From assembly GCF_964204645.1 (NCBI RefSeq), contig NC_134028.1, positions 24,362,345-24,426,344 on the forward strand: DNA of 64,000 bases. Reading direction: 5' to 3'. This stretch comes from Tubulanus polymorphus (Eukaryota; Animalia; Nemertea). A program made the position numbers and the translations under genes. This document shows, one piece after another, positions 52,623-64,000 of this stretch. Under the pieces are notes generated by a model. That model saw only the letters and a program-made list of their open reading frames with translations, did no database searches and was not told the DNA's origin. Positions within the stretch are counted from its first letter, which is position 1, and each line of letters opens with the position of its first letter.

Positions 52623-52776
52623 CATTCACAGTGTACAAAGCCGAAAGATACAGGTAAAATATTTCTACAATAAGAAAGCAGAAAAGAAGAGAGAAAAATC
52701 ACTGGACACCATAGGCTTGGATAGAAGTATCGTTTAAAAACCATTCCTATACTTTTAGATGTAGTTTGTTTTCAAA

Positions 52777-52919
52777 AATCGTTTGATTGATTGATTGATT
52801 TTATTTTCATAGAACATAGTTCAGTATAATAATTTATCTTACAAAATACCTCAATGAACTATGAACTATGAAGGACTCGTCCAGAGCCTGAAGGCTGTAG
52901 CTCTGAACAAACCATTCCT
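52777..52919 (-). mobile_element. short retroposon 3' end between 33-bp direct repeats
   Basis: Minus strand ends AATAAA-(ATCA)n; ttcctatacttttagatgtagtttgttttcaaa occurs at both 52744-52776 and 52920-52952. Confidence 0.5.
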
Positions 52920-53559
52920 TTCCTATACTTTTAGATGTAGTTTGTTTTCAAATAAGTGAACGAAACATTTTAGTTATTTTGCCGATGCACGAACATGATA
53001 AAAAGTCAACCCGCGTTCAGCCAATTCCCTTTTACCAGACTATTTCTCATATTATATGCAGAAAGACTAGAACTATTCATTTAATGCACAATGCCCGATC
53101 ACTGTGGCGACTGTCAACAACACTTGGCTGCTTAACAAATATTGCCATTTCTGCGATCAATTTATCCGGCATCGTTGACAATGCGCTCGAAAGTACGAAT
53201 CTTATCATTACTTATTAATCGATATAATACAAGCTGAAATCGAAAGGTCCCTCTCTACACTACCACAATAGAGTTATATAAAAATCTAATAGAATCGTGA
53301 ATATCACATCAATTCATTGTTTTAAAGCTATTATACCGTTCCATCTGATAGTAGCATTGATTCGATCCCCAGTACTTGTTTTAGGCATACTCACTGCTAT
53401 ACGCGAGTCGATTTGAAATCCAATACACGCGTATATCTAAACAACCCACTAACGTGAATTCAGGGAGTGCTCAAATATTTACTAATTATTAATGAGTGAG
53501 CATCACTAGGGCTCAACACAAAAGAATGCAATTTCGACTATGGTCGAAAGACTGACAGG

Positions 53560-53720
53560 GTCCGGATTACAATCCGGTGGTATTTAGTACGAGCCCGAGT
53601 CTGGATTACAGTTCGGTGGTATTTAGTACGAGCCCGAGTCCGGATTACAGTCCGGTGGTATTTAGTACGAGCCCGAGTCCGGATTACAGTCCGGTGGTAT
53701 CTAGTACGAGCCCGAGTCCG
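53560..53720. repeat. 39-bp tandem repeat, about 4 copies
   Basis: Unit gtccggattacagtccggtggtatttagtacgagcccga. Confidence 0.9.
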
Positions 53721-53812
53721 GGTTTCAGTCAGTTACGGCAAACGTCATTGATCACGTACGCCACGACGGGTGCCAACTGTGACTAATTTATTTAGCCGCC
53801 TGCATCGACGCC

Positions 53813-54052
53813 CAGGGCCAACTTCGGTTTTCGTAGCTAGTCGACTAGTGGTCGGAACTAATAACCGAACACACTATAGTTCGGTCGTAACGTATTTCAC
53901 AGTGTCGGCCATCTTGAACCTAGGTCCGAACTGTAGCGACCGTGCTCAATTGCGTGGTCGACCATTTCCGGACTATAGTTCCGACTAACGGACATTCGGT
54001 TTCATTTAGTTCGACTATAGTCGACTTACTCCGATAACCGAAGGTGGCCCTG
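53813..54052. mobile_element. hAT-like MITE (CAGGG...CCCTG); internal part repeated at about 59479-59615
   Basis: TIRs cagggccaacttcggttttcg / cgataaccgaaggtggccctg; no TSD seen. Confidence 0.55.
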
Positions 54053-55867
54053 TATGACATGTTTTGAACTGCGTTCGCTTAAAACGATATAATCGTAGAC
54101 AAGGTTTGGACAATGAGTCGAGAAGGTACGCGCTATCCGTGTAAGGTGGATGACGTGAGATATCCCACAATGATTCAGTCCGAGATTAATAATACTCGAA
54201 TAGAAGAGAACTTATTAACACTATTAGTAATCATCAGCTGCGTCGATTGTTTTACGAGATTCACACGACGACTCGGTGACGTCGGAAAGCCGCCATTATC
54301 CCGATCGAGCTGACGCAGCGCGCCGACTACGCGCAAACAATATCTGAATTATACGTGCCAACAAACTCTAATGAAATTGTATTAAAAGTTACGACACTTA
54401 ATAAAGACGCGATGAAAAATGTCAATACAAAGGTTCGTGTAGCCGTATCGGTAAAACGAACGATCATATCATGTCATAATATATGTTCTATGCGAAGAGT
54501 TGTAGTAGTTGTATCGTAGTAGACACAGATAGCGCTATAGTTTTATATATGATACGAGCTTACTCTACTAATTCAGAGTAGAATAGAAGTGTATAATTGT
54601 TACTGAAACGTGCCGTGAGAACAATATCGGATTCCCATTACCTAGATGACAGCGATCATCTTTTATTAGTTTGAATATTTTATATTCTCTGGGTTTCCTG
54701 TATTTTCATTATTACTCTATATTGCACGAAAATTCACACGAAACCCTGCCAATTTTCTATCTTGTAATGTAATTTTGAAATGCAAAATAAATTTAGGAAT
54801 TAAGAATGAAGATTTAAGAATGGATTTTTATTTCTCTTGAGTCCATCGTCAGGTGCTTGGTAGCTTCATCGGGTAAATAAGTCCAGTCACTGCTAGAATT
54901 TAAAGATCAGTAATGCTCTTTAATTAGTGTCACGCTGCAGTTTCTGTATTGAATGTACTCACCTGGTCAAGCTCATATCTTCAATAAAAACAAGATAACC
55001 TATAAAGTAACAATCTGTCTCGGCGTTTTACTGATATGTTTTACGCGGAAAAACAAACCGCAAGAGCTCGTTATTTTGTTTGTTTTTTTTTTCGTTTGTT
55101 AAAAGACAGTACTTCGCAACAACGTCAGCTCGGTCGTTCGTGGTCCTGATTCTGGCGCCGAGAACGGTCGACACCACGGAGGTCTCCGTCTAATGTTCGA
55201 GGGAAAACAATTCTATGCAAATCTGTCCGTTCCGTTTTGATAATTGATGTCGAAATCGAATCGCGGGCCTGATATGCGTGTGTGCGTGTGAATTATATGA
55301 ATGACACGAGCGAACTCCCCGAGCGTGACAGAATTTAAAAAGACTGCATCGTGAAATACATATAGCAAAAATGGATCGATTGCCTACAAATTAAAAAGAA
55401 CTAATGAATTTAAAAGAAAATTATAAAACATTTTTTTTTAATTTTCGATTTCATTAAAGTGTGCGCTAGCCGTATGTAGGTAGGTGAACGTGTTTATCGA
55501 GTATTCAAGTCAACAAAATGCAATATGAAACGTCAAATGGAAATGATTTTCCACGTTGTAATTTTTAGAACGTATTTCTGCGTCAAGCTTCGGTATGCCA
55601 GAATGCTAAGTAATTTTGTGACAAAAAAAACATGGCGATGATTTGAGATAGAACGATACCGAAAATAGCGCCGGTTTTCTTGAAACTGTCTCAATGTTTA
55701 CCAATATTGCTAAGCAACATCGCCATACGTTATTAAACACTCTCTTCGATATTTCTCACGAACGTAAATTTGATATAATCCGTCAATATAGCGTCAACTC
55801 TTTTCTTCATCTCTAGATATTTCCCGCTAGTATTTCATAATCTTTTCATCGCCATTTCTATTTTCAG

Positions 55868-55895
55868 ATCGGTTACGCATTCGACCTGATTCTGG
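55868..55895 (+). CDS. PKD1: polycystin-1-family gene, 28-nt microexon (IGYAFDLIL)
   Basis: Acceptor catttctattttcag and donor CTGG|GTAAGT; phase 0 to 1 fits both neighbouring exons. Confidence 0.65.
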
Positions 55896-58800
55896 GTAAG
55901 TTATAGTGCACCATGCCTTCGTTAAAGTGATAGCATATGAAATATTATCGAATAATTAATTCATTAATCTATTCCGTTAAAAGGATTTTAACTCGGTTAT
56001 CGTTGATGCCCTTGAGAAATTCTTAGATATATTCAATGGATTTTAGACAATGAACCTGGCCCCGAAAAATGTGTTCGTTTTCGCTTCGACCGACCTGTAT
56101 TTCATCAAAGGGGAACCTCAAGCGTTCCTGTGGCAAGCAATGATCCGACAGGCTCGCTAGTAGTTACTCGGAAAATCGAATAACATTTTCTCTCATATAA
56201 ATCAATTACTGATGAATACTATATCGACATCTGACTAAGATAATGACATTTGGTGGGCCATGTGATAGAGAGTCTGAACATTTATGTCAAAGGTCTTACT
56301 TTTTGCCATAAATCCAAATATGAATTGAACCGCAATCCTCAAAATATTTTTTCATAGATAATAGCCAAGAACTCTTTAATACATTGTTTAGATACAGATT
56401 AAAAGATAATATATGAGGATTGGGTTAGTTTACTTTTCGGATACTGCATTTATCCAAGAATTTATCATTCTACGTTTGGCCTCTATACATAAAGACTGAA
56501 TGCTCGCCACGCCATCTGGTGGAATATCTGGAATTGCAGCTCCCCATTCAGACGATACCTGCATGTTTTTATTACTCGAAATGTCAGGCGATTTTCGTGA
56601 TAGATTCCAGTGAATATTAATCCCCTGTACGGGTGGTTGTTGACGATCACGCAAACGCGCTCACCCAGTTTAAATTCGAAAGGTCGTCGATCTCTTTTGA
56701 AAACGGGCGTCGTCGACTGAAAAGTCATTTGTTTTCGTATCGGGACATGAAATATTTCCAATTCTGATCGAATCGAATCGAGTCGCGCGCGTCATTCAAT
56801 CGGTATTCAGTCATTATCCTTTTACGCACGTCCTTCCATAGCAACGGCAATTGGTCGCCTAGCTACGCGTCATCAAACCTAAGATTACTTTTAGCATCGC
56901 CATCAATTACCCGCTCTAAGCCGAGCTTATTATTGTTAAATCGGGTGACATTTCAACGGCGAAAAAAAAAATGCGTCGATGAAATTCTCGCTCAATGTAA
57001 GCGCTACTGATTTCATTTTTAAGTAGTTGCTGCAACAGAGAGATGAGTGTTTCGTGTTGAAATTCGCGGCTTATGCAAATTATTCATCGGCGCTTTTCTT
57101 ACCTGACGCCATATTGGCCGTCAAGCGCATATTACCTCGAGTGTTGTTGAAAATGAAATGGAATCACAATCCATCACGTAACTCGCAAATCAATTTTTGA
57201 AAATATCTATTTCAAATGCAGAATATGCTATCGGAAAGCATCAATTCTCCGAAATTGTCTACCGCAAAATACGTTTAACCTTTTACTCGAGAATTCTACA
57301 TCTCTGGCTGAATTATTGTAAGATTCATCTTACACGGACATTGTCTAGATCTCGACTCAGACTAACACTATAAGTCTAAATCAATAGTCTGCAGATGACA
57401 TCTACACAGATAATCGTAATGCTGCTTCAGGCCGACGATGATCGCATATTTCACCGGTCCTATTGTTTTGTCATCGTACGTAATAGTGCGAAATTGATAA
57501 TTACCCACACGCGTATTTGAATTATTAACATCATTTCACCTATTACAAATGCGTCTACCATTTCCGCGGACTAATTCCCCCTTCCGGCTAGATTGATCGT
57601 GAGCGTTACCTGTAATAACACAGCCCAGAGTTTTCAAGCGTGAATTTTAAAACATAGCCGTAAACCATGAAATATTCACTGGTTTTACTTGAACAAAAGA
57701 TAAAAATATGCCATCCAACTAGGAAATAGTACCATATTTTTTTCGATGAAATCATTTGCAACATCGTCCTTTGACTCACTACGTCAATTCGTATTCGCAA
57801 ATTACCTATAGCTATCCGACAAGCATGCACTTGCGTTGAAACAGCGTTGATGATAAATCAATTTTAAAAGACGGCGATTTTGATTATTTCTAATCAGTTC
57901 ATTCGACGGTTCGCCAGAAACCCAGCGAAAGATCGACGTTAGTTCTAAATAAAGATAGTATAGATGATGTTTAGGCTAACATTTGTTTCTCGGTTTGAAT
58001 TCAAAGAATCGATAGTTTACGAAAAGTAAATATAATGAAGTTCTCCGATGTTTGCACAATGAATAATTCATACGCGAAAGAAGTGCTCTTCGGTTGATGA
58101 ATTCATAGTTCATTAACCAAGGCAAATGTTTGCTATCGTTTCATTGTCCGATAATATGATGATATCGTACCAAAGAGAGATTTTGAAATTGGACGCCGAC
58201 TGAGTAAAAATATGTGTGTCAGTGACGTCACTTAGTAGGAAATAGCGAACCACGCGATTTTTATATTCACGAGAATTTTACGACATTTGAAATACGTCTG
58301 TTTTTAAACGGCGTTGAATCGACGTATAAACAATGGGAAAGTTTAACACATGGGGCCCGGTTCCATAATCCACTATCCCTAGGGGTAACTCCTCAATCTG
58401 GGTGTCGTTTCGTCTCCCTCATTTGCATATTCGTGATTTTTCACGTATTTTCCCGAATCAGCCACCATATCGCAGAGATAATTATTCTTCCACATCTATG
58501 AAACCCAGCCCAGGATTTTGGTAGGGTCTCAAACACGGCCCCGACCTCGGCCGTCGTTTTCCACGCGGTGTTAAACATAAAGTCGCAGGAAAACCGTTTT
58601 GAAAAGATTTTTAACCATGCCCATAAGGCACTTCCGTAAGACGATCATTTTTGAAGATGCAAGATATTTTTCCTCATATATTCGGCAACAAAAGTACGAC
58701 GCACGATCACCCTTTATCAGCGACCATGCGTATGTTTTACTATGACAGAGGAATTTTGTAAAAACAAAATTTTCGAAACTAAATACATTGTGAAAATCCA

Positions 58801-59305
58801 TGAAGTAAAAATAGTACAATTCTCATTTTTGAAAAAATTAATTGATTGTTAAAAATATTTTTTGCGGGAGCGTCATTTCCTCTCATTTGGCATATTGTAA
58901 AGGATTAATCAGATTGCGTATCATACTGGCCAATACCCCTTACCTGTGCGTACAATATGGGTCAAATATTGGCGAGACATTCCGTTTAATTAGTTTTTCG
59001 ATATTGAAGTGACACAACTATATACACACACGGTTAATGATTTTCGATATTACACGGTTTTTGAGTTCAGAGTGGTTTTTCATATTTCAAAGAGTATATA
59101 TCATAATTATATCATAATTTTTCTGAGCTCTGGGCAAAAACGTCAATTTACTTGACAAATTAAGAGATATTTGATGTGAAAGTCTACAAACACTCAAACT
59201 TATTTTCGCTGGGATTATCTGCGTTAGAAAATCCACTAGAACTGACATAGCGCTTTGCTAATAAACTATTGAATGGTTTCATTTAGTTTTGTATGTATCT
59301 TACAC

Positions 59306-59348
59306 CATGGACGTATAAACTAGTTTAAATCTAGTTTATACGTCCATG
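59306..59348. mobile_element. 43-bp hairpin insertion with perfect 18-bp arms and 7-bp TSD
   Basis: catggacgtataaactag-tttaaat-ctagtttatacgtccatg, flanked by CTTACAC on both sides. Confidence 0.75.
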
Positions 59349-60034
59349 CTTACACATAGTCCTGAGAGGAACATAGCCTCTGGTTCACACATATTAGACC
59401 CTAGGCCACATCGCCCCAGCCCGAACATAGCAGGCAAACCATAACACATAAGAGGTCGGAGCTTAATACCGAATTCATCGTCGGCCATCTTGGAACTAGA
59501 TCCGAACTATAGCGACCGTGCTCAGTAACGTGGTTCGCTATTTGCGGACTGTAGTTCCGACTAGCTGACATTCGGTTTCATTTAGTTCGCAAATAGTCAA
59601 CTAATACCGATAACCATAGTTTGCCAAACAAAACAAAAGCCGGTCTCTCCACGGCGACACCTGGCTTAATTTAGCATGGGTCCAACTCAAATTTTGACAA
59701 AAATGACTTCACATACTTTTGCCTAAGTACCGCTAAAACTCAGTATCGGGATTTATGAGTATTAGGAAAACACTTTTTTGAATCGTCGAACGCACGCGAG
59801 CACCTGAATCTAATAGCTCATCATCGACATTGCTTAGATTGCGTTTCGGATGAAAAATCAATGTAATTCTCTTAATGCAGTCATGAAACATGCAACCTGA
59901 CAATCAATCATAAATATAAAATGACATAAATAACTATTTATCCCAGTTTCAAACAGAAATGTTTTTATCTACGATAAACCAAATTTTGAATGAATCTGAT
60001 CATAAAAAAATACACGATACTTTCTGTCTTTTAG

Positions 60035-60564
60035 GGGCCAAGTTAGGCTGTTACAAAGAAATGTCGGCCGTACCAAAATACCCAGTATCGCCGGGTAGTT
60101 ACGATTTCACGACTCTGACGCCTAGCATTTGCGAATCGCTTTGCGCAGTGACGTCGAGCGGTTATAAATATGCCGCGTTGAAGGCTGGTTACTGCATGTG
60201 CGGTAACACTGACCCGACAGGTTTAATCGACGAACCGGCGAAATGTACGACCCTTTGCGGCGGTGACCCGGGCAAAACATGCGGTAGCGACACCCACGTC
60301 GACTTATACAACGTGGCCGGGTTAATTGAAGGCCTGGAGTTGTCATTTTTACCGGCTGGGATTCAACTGCTGACGACAGCGCTGTCCACTTCAACAACGT
60401 TCGCTTATAGCGTCAAGAAAGGTATCGACGTTCAGTATCAATTTGACTACGGCGTCGGCGGAGAGCGAACAGCACAAAATGTCACTGATATGGAGAAGTA
60501 CACGTTTCGCGTGCCCGGAGAGTACTTTGTCAGTGTATTTGCCGGAGGTGGTGCAGTGCAGCAG
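60035..60564 (+). CDS. PKD1: polycystin-1-family gene exon: WSC domain plus PKD-like Ig repeat
   Basis: Acceptor tttctgtcttttag, donor CAG|GTAAGA. 8-Cys WSC pattern (LGCY...TPSICESLC...YKYAAL...YCMCGN...C...CGGD...CG); PKD-like YQFDYGVG...YTFRVPGEYFVSV. Confidence 0.85.
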
Positions 60565-60841
60565 GTAAGAAAATGGATATATGATTACAAAATGCGATGC
60601 GTAGTGTTTTATGGATGGTTTAAAAAAAGTGACCAGTTCCATCATAGAACGACTTGCAGTTTTTCTAGGTCATGACAACCATGTATACACTGATGAAACT
60701 TCAAGCTGTAAATTTGTCACGTGAACCCCCTCCATGTCCTGTGAAACCCCCAACAGTCCCCAACCCCCGGTTTTACGGTTATGAGTTAGGATTTTCCCCC
60801 GTAGGTAACTATTGATGATTTGATGTATTAATGTACTTCTA

Positions 60842-60954
60842 CAGGACCCAGTTCCACAGTTGTGAGTTAGAGTTAACTCTGAGTTAAAGTTAGTTCATTT
60901 TCAATGTTTTAACCCAGGGTCAAATCTTAACTCGGAACTGTGGAACTGGACCCA
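60842..60954. mobile_element. palindromic MITE-like element (relatives at about 2713-2782, 18768-18888, 38075-38160, 62690-62740)
   Basis: ccagttccacagtt ... aactgtggaactgg inverted ends; internal gagttaactc motif shared with the other copies. Confidence 0.6.
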
Positions 60955-61202
60955 GCTCATCAGTCTATTAATTAAAACCCATAAATGAGTCTTACGTAAA
61001 TGAGTCCTATCAGTCATGCCCCGAATTCATGAAATCCGATATATGATATTTCAATTATATACAGCCCGTTTATAAAAGGCTACGTACTTCGAATCCGTTT
61101 CCGATTCATCAGTGACGGGTATTCATTTAAAAACGCTCCCCGACTGTCACCGGGTTTGAACGATTTGATCAACGAGGTTCTTTTTGGTTCTCTTAACAAT
61201 AG

Positions 61203-61383
61203 GAAAAGTCGGCTACAGTTAGGGTTCTCGTGCACGCTCAAGTGGGCAACATGGAGTTCCGGTGTCCGGAAGCGGTAGCGGTCGACGACGACTTCCTGTG
61301 CAACGTAACGATATTCTACGGTAGCTACATGAAAACTAACGTCGACTTCAACGATGGAAAAAATGAATCGTTCTCCATTGGGG
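61203..61383 (+). CDS. PKD1: polycystin-1-family gene exon (end of the PKD repeat, second beta-rich repeat)
   Basis: AG|GAA acceptor (phase 0), donor G|GTAAAT (phase 1). Translates EKSATVRVLVHAQVGNMEFRCPEAVAVDDDFLCNVTIFYGSYMKTNVDFNDGKNESFSIG. Confidence 0.8.
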
Positions 61384-62922
61384 GTAAATCTTCCTGCGTT
61401 TTCTGTGTGTTGTTGAAAGAACTTAAACGTTTAGAATAAAAAAATGTATATCGCTCGTAATTTGATAGGCCGCCATCAGTAATAACCCCCTGTTTCACTC
61501 CCGGCAGGTGTGGTGGGTCTGTAAGGGAAAATCAAACGAAATTTACCAACCAAATAAATAACAGGGACAATCCCTATTTTAAGATCAATAACATGGTTGA
61601 CACGTCATGAATATTCGATGCTTGTCATGCGTCAAAGTCTCATGAATCCATTCATCAAATTTAATTTTCAATTATCGGGGATATGATCAATTCTAACTCA
61701 CGTAAGTTCAGTTCTTACTCAGTTCTTACTGCGTTCAATTCGAATTAACTCTACAGTCAGTTTGAGAGCGTTTTATCGCTACAAAACGTCGAATTCCTCT
61801 TTATAAGCTTATTCTTAATGTTTCTGCAGAAAACCCTATTGTTATTTTGCAGATAATTATTATTCTTTTCCACACTGCGTTTTACTGAAATAAATGCGTA
61901 CTGTGCGCTGCAAAATCTGTTTTTCGTTTAGCCGAGTAGTAAATAAAGCAAATAGGAAGAGCTCTTCGATTCTGATAATCGCCTACGCGAATCCACTTTT
62001 CAAACAACTATTCGAACGGTTGAGTGCTTCTACTCGTGTCAAACAAATGCAGAAATTAATCGATAATCTTTTTCAAGATGTTACTGATAGAATATTTTCG
62101 ATTCACTTTAGATATATTATCGTCGTGATAAATGATAATCGGTTTCGCTAGGGAAACCGGGTAGATCCTTATACTGATAACCCGATGATAACAAAAACCA
62201 TATATTGATTGACGTCGGCGGCAAGATGTCGTTCACGCCCAACTGATGAAACTCGTTAATGCGAATATCTTGTTGCTATCGGCTCAGCTTGGCGTTTCTA
62301 GGTGACGAAGTCTCGTTGGAACGATATTTCTCGTGACGCCTAATCGTTTTATTATTATTACTATGCATTAATATCGCGCAAGAATACGTTTTTTAATGAT
62401 TTACTATATGAACTATTTTCGTTGGACTCTCACACCCATAAACTATAAAGATGTAACATTAAAGGATGCAAAACCTGGAATACAGGGCCACTTAGATTAA
62501 GCGGGGGATGCCAGTTTAACTTTACAAAGACCCGCAAGTGATCTGCAGTGAAGGCCACATTGGATTGGCTTTGGCTGCACTCATGGCGTATTTCTCCGCA
62601 AAAACTTGAGTAGCATGGAACGTCCAAGAGATCTGGATCGTAGAATACGTTTTGATCCGATTCCTAAATCGTAATTGACTAGTTATCCTCTGGACTTAAA
62701 CCTGGGTTAACTCAGTTGACAATATTGAAATCAACTATCGGATGAGCATCAAGCCTTGTCTTTACTAGGCCCACTTAATGCCATATCTGAGAAACAGGTT
62801 TTTCTTGAATTCATGTGATGTCATTCTTTTATCAAATTTGGCTGAACTTGTCTGTGTTTAAAAACTAATATAGTCACCGGGTGTAATTAACAAATATCGT
62901 TGCGTTTATATTTTGTGTCTAG

Positions 62923-63092
62923 ATCCAGTTTGGTCTCTGGCAGGGCCTGCCGTACCATCGCACGGAACACACGGTAGTAACGGTGCGAGCTTCACTGGTT
63001 TCCACGTAATGCCTACCGCCGAATTTACACAATCTGGCTCCGTAATTGAATGGGAAGCGTTCGCAGAAACTGCCGGGACTGTAAAGATAGCG
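62923..63092 (+). CDS. PKD1: polycystin-1-family gene exon
   Basis: Acceptor ttttgtgtctag, donor GCG|GTACGT. FHVMPTAEFTQSGSVIEWEAFAETAGTVKIA resembles the PKD1 segment before the Cys-rich LDL-A-like region. Confidence 0.8.
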
Positions 63093-63557
63093 GTACGTAT
63101 TGCGTTCATACAAATTAATGAAAAATATTCTAGAATCTCTGTAATTTTACCAGTTTTGTTGCAAACTCAAGTATAGCTTTAGCAAAAACACGAAGTTGTC
63201 ATATGGTTATAGAACTTAGCAAAGCGTAATGCAACTTGATTTGTTTTCGGCTAGAACGGAAAAAACGCGACATATTGACGTAACATTTGCTGTGAGAAAA
63301 AAAACTCGCAGCATTTACTAATTCCTTTTAAATTCTTTCGCTGCCTCCCTCGAACACACGCGAAAGTTAAAAAAGCTTTCGCGGAAACACTTTAAAAAAA
63401 TCGGAATTTAGAGTTTTCTTCTCACAGAAATCCAATTTCGTATCAGTAATTTTCTAAGATGTTTTGACATTTGCAGAAAACCCTTGCGAGGATCCTGCAA
63501 TCCTCAGGTCGATTTCGTACTTGATTATTGATTGTTGATTATTATTTTCCTTTTTAG

Positions 63558-64000
63558 ATTTTGTCACCTAACTGCGCGGGTCAGGAGTATTGCCTATCCA
63601 CAAATAAATGTGCGGCCAGCTGCTCCTCCTTATTTGCTGATGAGCGCACCTGTTCAAACACCGATGTATTCTGTGGTCAAGGAAATGTCTGCGTACCAAG
63701 CGCATCTCTGAATTCGTGTCCAGCTGCTGTATCACGCTACCCCACTTCACAGGCTAATCTCAACGACTACAAAATCGTCGACGTCATCACGCAATATCTT
63801 CAATTAGGCTACAACCATTTCAGAATTCCAGTTACCGACACGTCAATCAACGTAACTCGAGGAGATATTATCGGTTGGTTGCTGCACAATTCGGGCGTAA
63901 TCGCTACCCGAACATTGAAGTCCGGGGAAACCCCCGATTTCCAATGGGCCGGTAAAATTACTGCCGCTAAAGGTGACAGTATCGGAGCGTCGAATTTCAT
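63558..64000 (+). CDS. PKD1: polycystin-1-family gene exon, Cys-rich region, runs off the window end
   Basis: Acceptor ttttcctttttag; open to the window end. Translates ILSPNCAGQEYCLSTNKC...VFCGQGNVCVP...SC...YKIVD...VTRGDIIGW, compared with human PKD1 WCPGANICLP...LPGDLVGL. The six segments join into 461 uninterrupted codons. Confidence 0.8.
   Translation, partial: MLSPNCAGQEYCLSTNKCAASCSSLFADERTCSNTDVFCGQGNVCVPSASLNSCPAAVSRYPTSQANLNDYKIVDVITQYLQLGYNHFRIPVTDTSINVTRGDIIGWLLHNSGVIATRTLKSGETPDFQWAGKITAAKGDSIGASNF

Noticed and set aside
53560-53786. repeat array as a CRISPR, or as a Ser/Pro-rich protein
   Set aside because: Head-to-tail identical units with no unique spacers, no cas genes and a eukaryotic intron context; the ORF exists because 39 is a multiple of 3.
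59959-60034. ATG at 59959 as the polycystin start
   Set aside because: No signal peptide; a strong acceptor at 60034 and phase-compatible upstream exons explain the N-terminus better.

Overview
AT-rich, intron-containing animal DNA, probably from a marine invertebrate (lophotrochozoan-like; inferred, not provable here). The ORF track misses most real genes because they are spliced. Manual GT-AG exon reconstruction gives five protein-coding genes, all on the + strand: (1) NDNF/Nord, 3 coding exons, 560 aa, 19576-28146; (2,3) a tandem pair of single-domain (N-TIMP only) metalloproteinase inhibitors, 138 and 137 aa, 31840-34693, whose differences include every predicted protease-contact segment while their signal peptides are almost identical; (4) a 225-aa single-pass membrane protein with KCNE-like topology, 48144-48821; (5) the 5' part of a polycystin-1 (PKD1)-family gene, 51256 to beyond 64000, with a signal peptide split over a 33-nt coding segment and a 28-nt microexon, and RFX X-box-like motifs in its promoter and introns. 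The non-coding DNA holds three Penelope-type minimal hammerhead ribozyme motifs (one with an intact core, one mutated, one split by a MITE), three 36-43 bp hairpin insertions with 7-bp target-site duplications, several MITE families, retroposon fragments and microsatellites. There is no CRISPR array, rRNA or convincing tRNA. All family assignments come from motif recognition by eye, not database searches.
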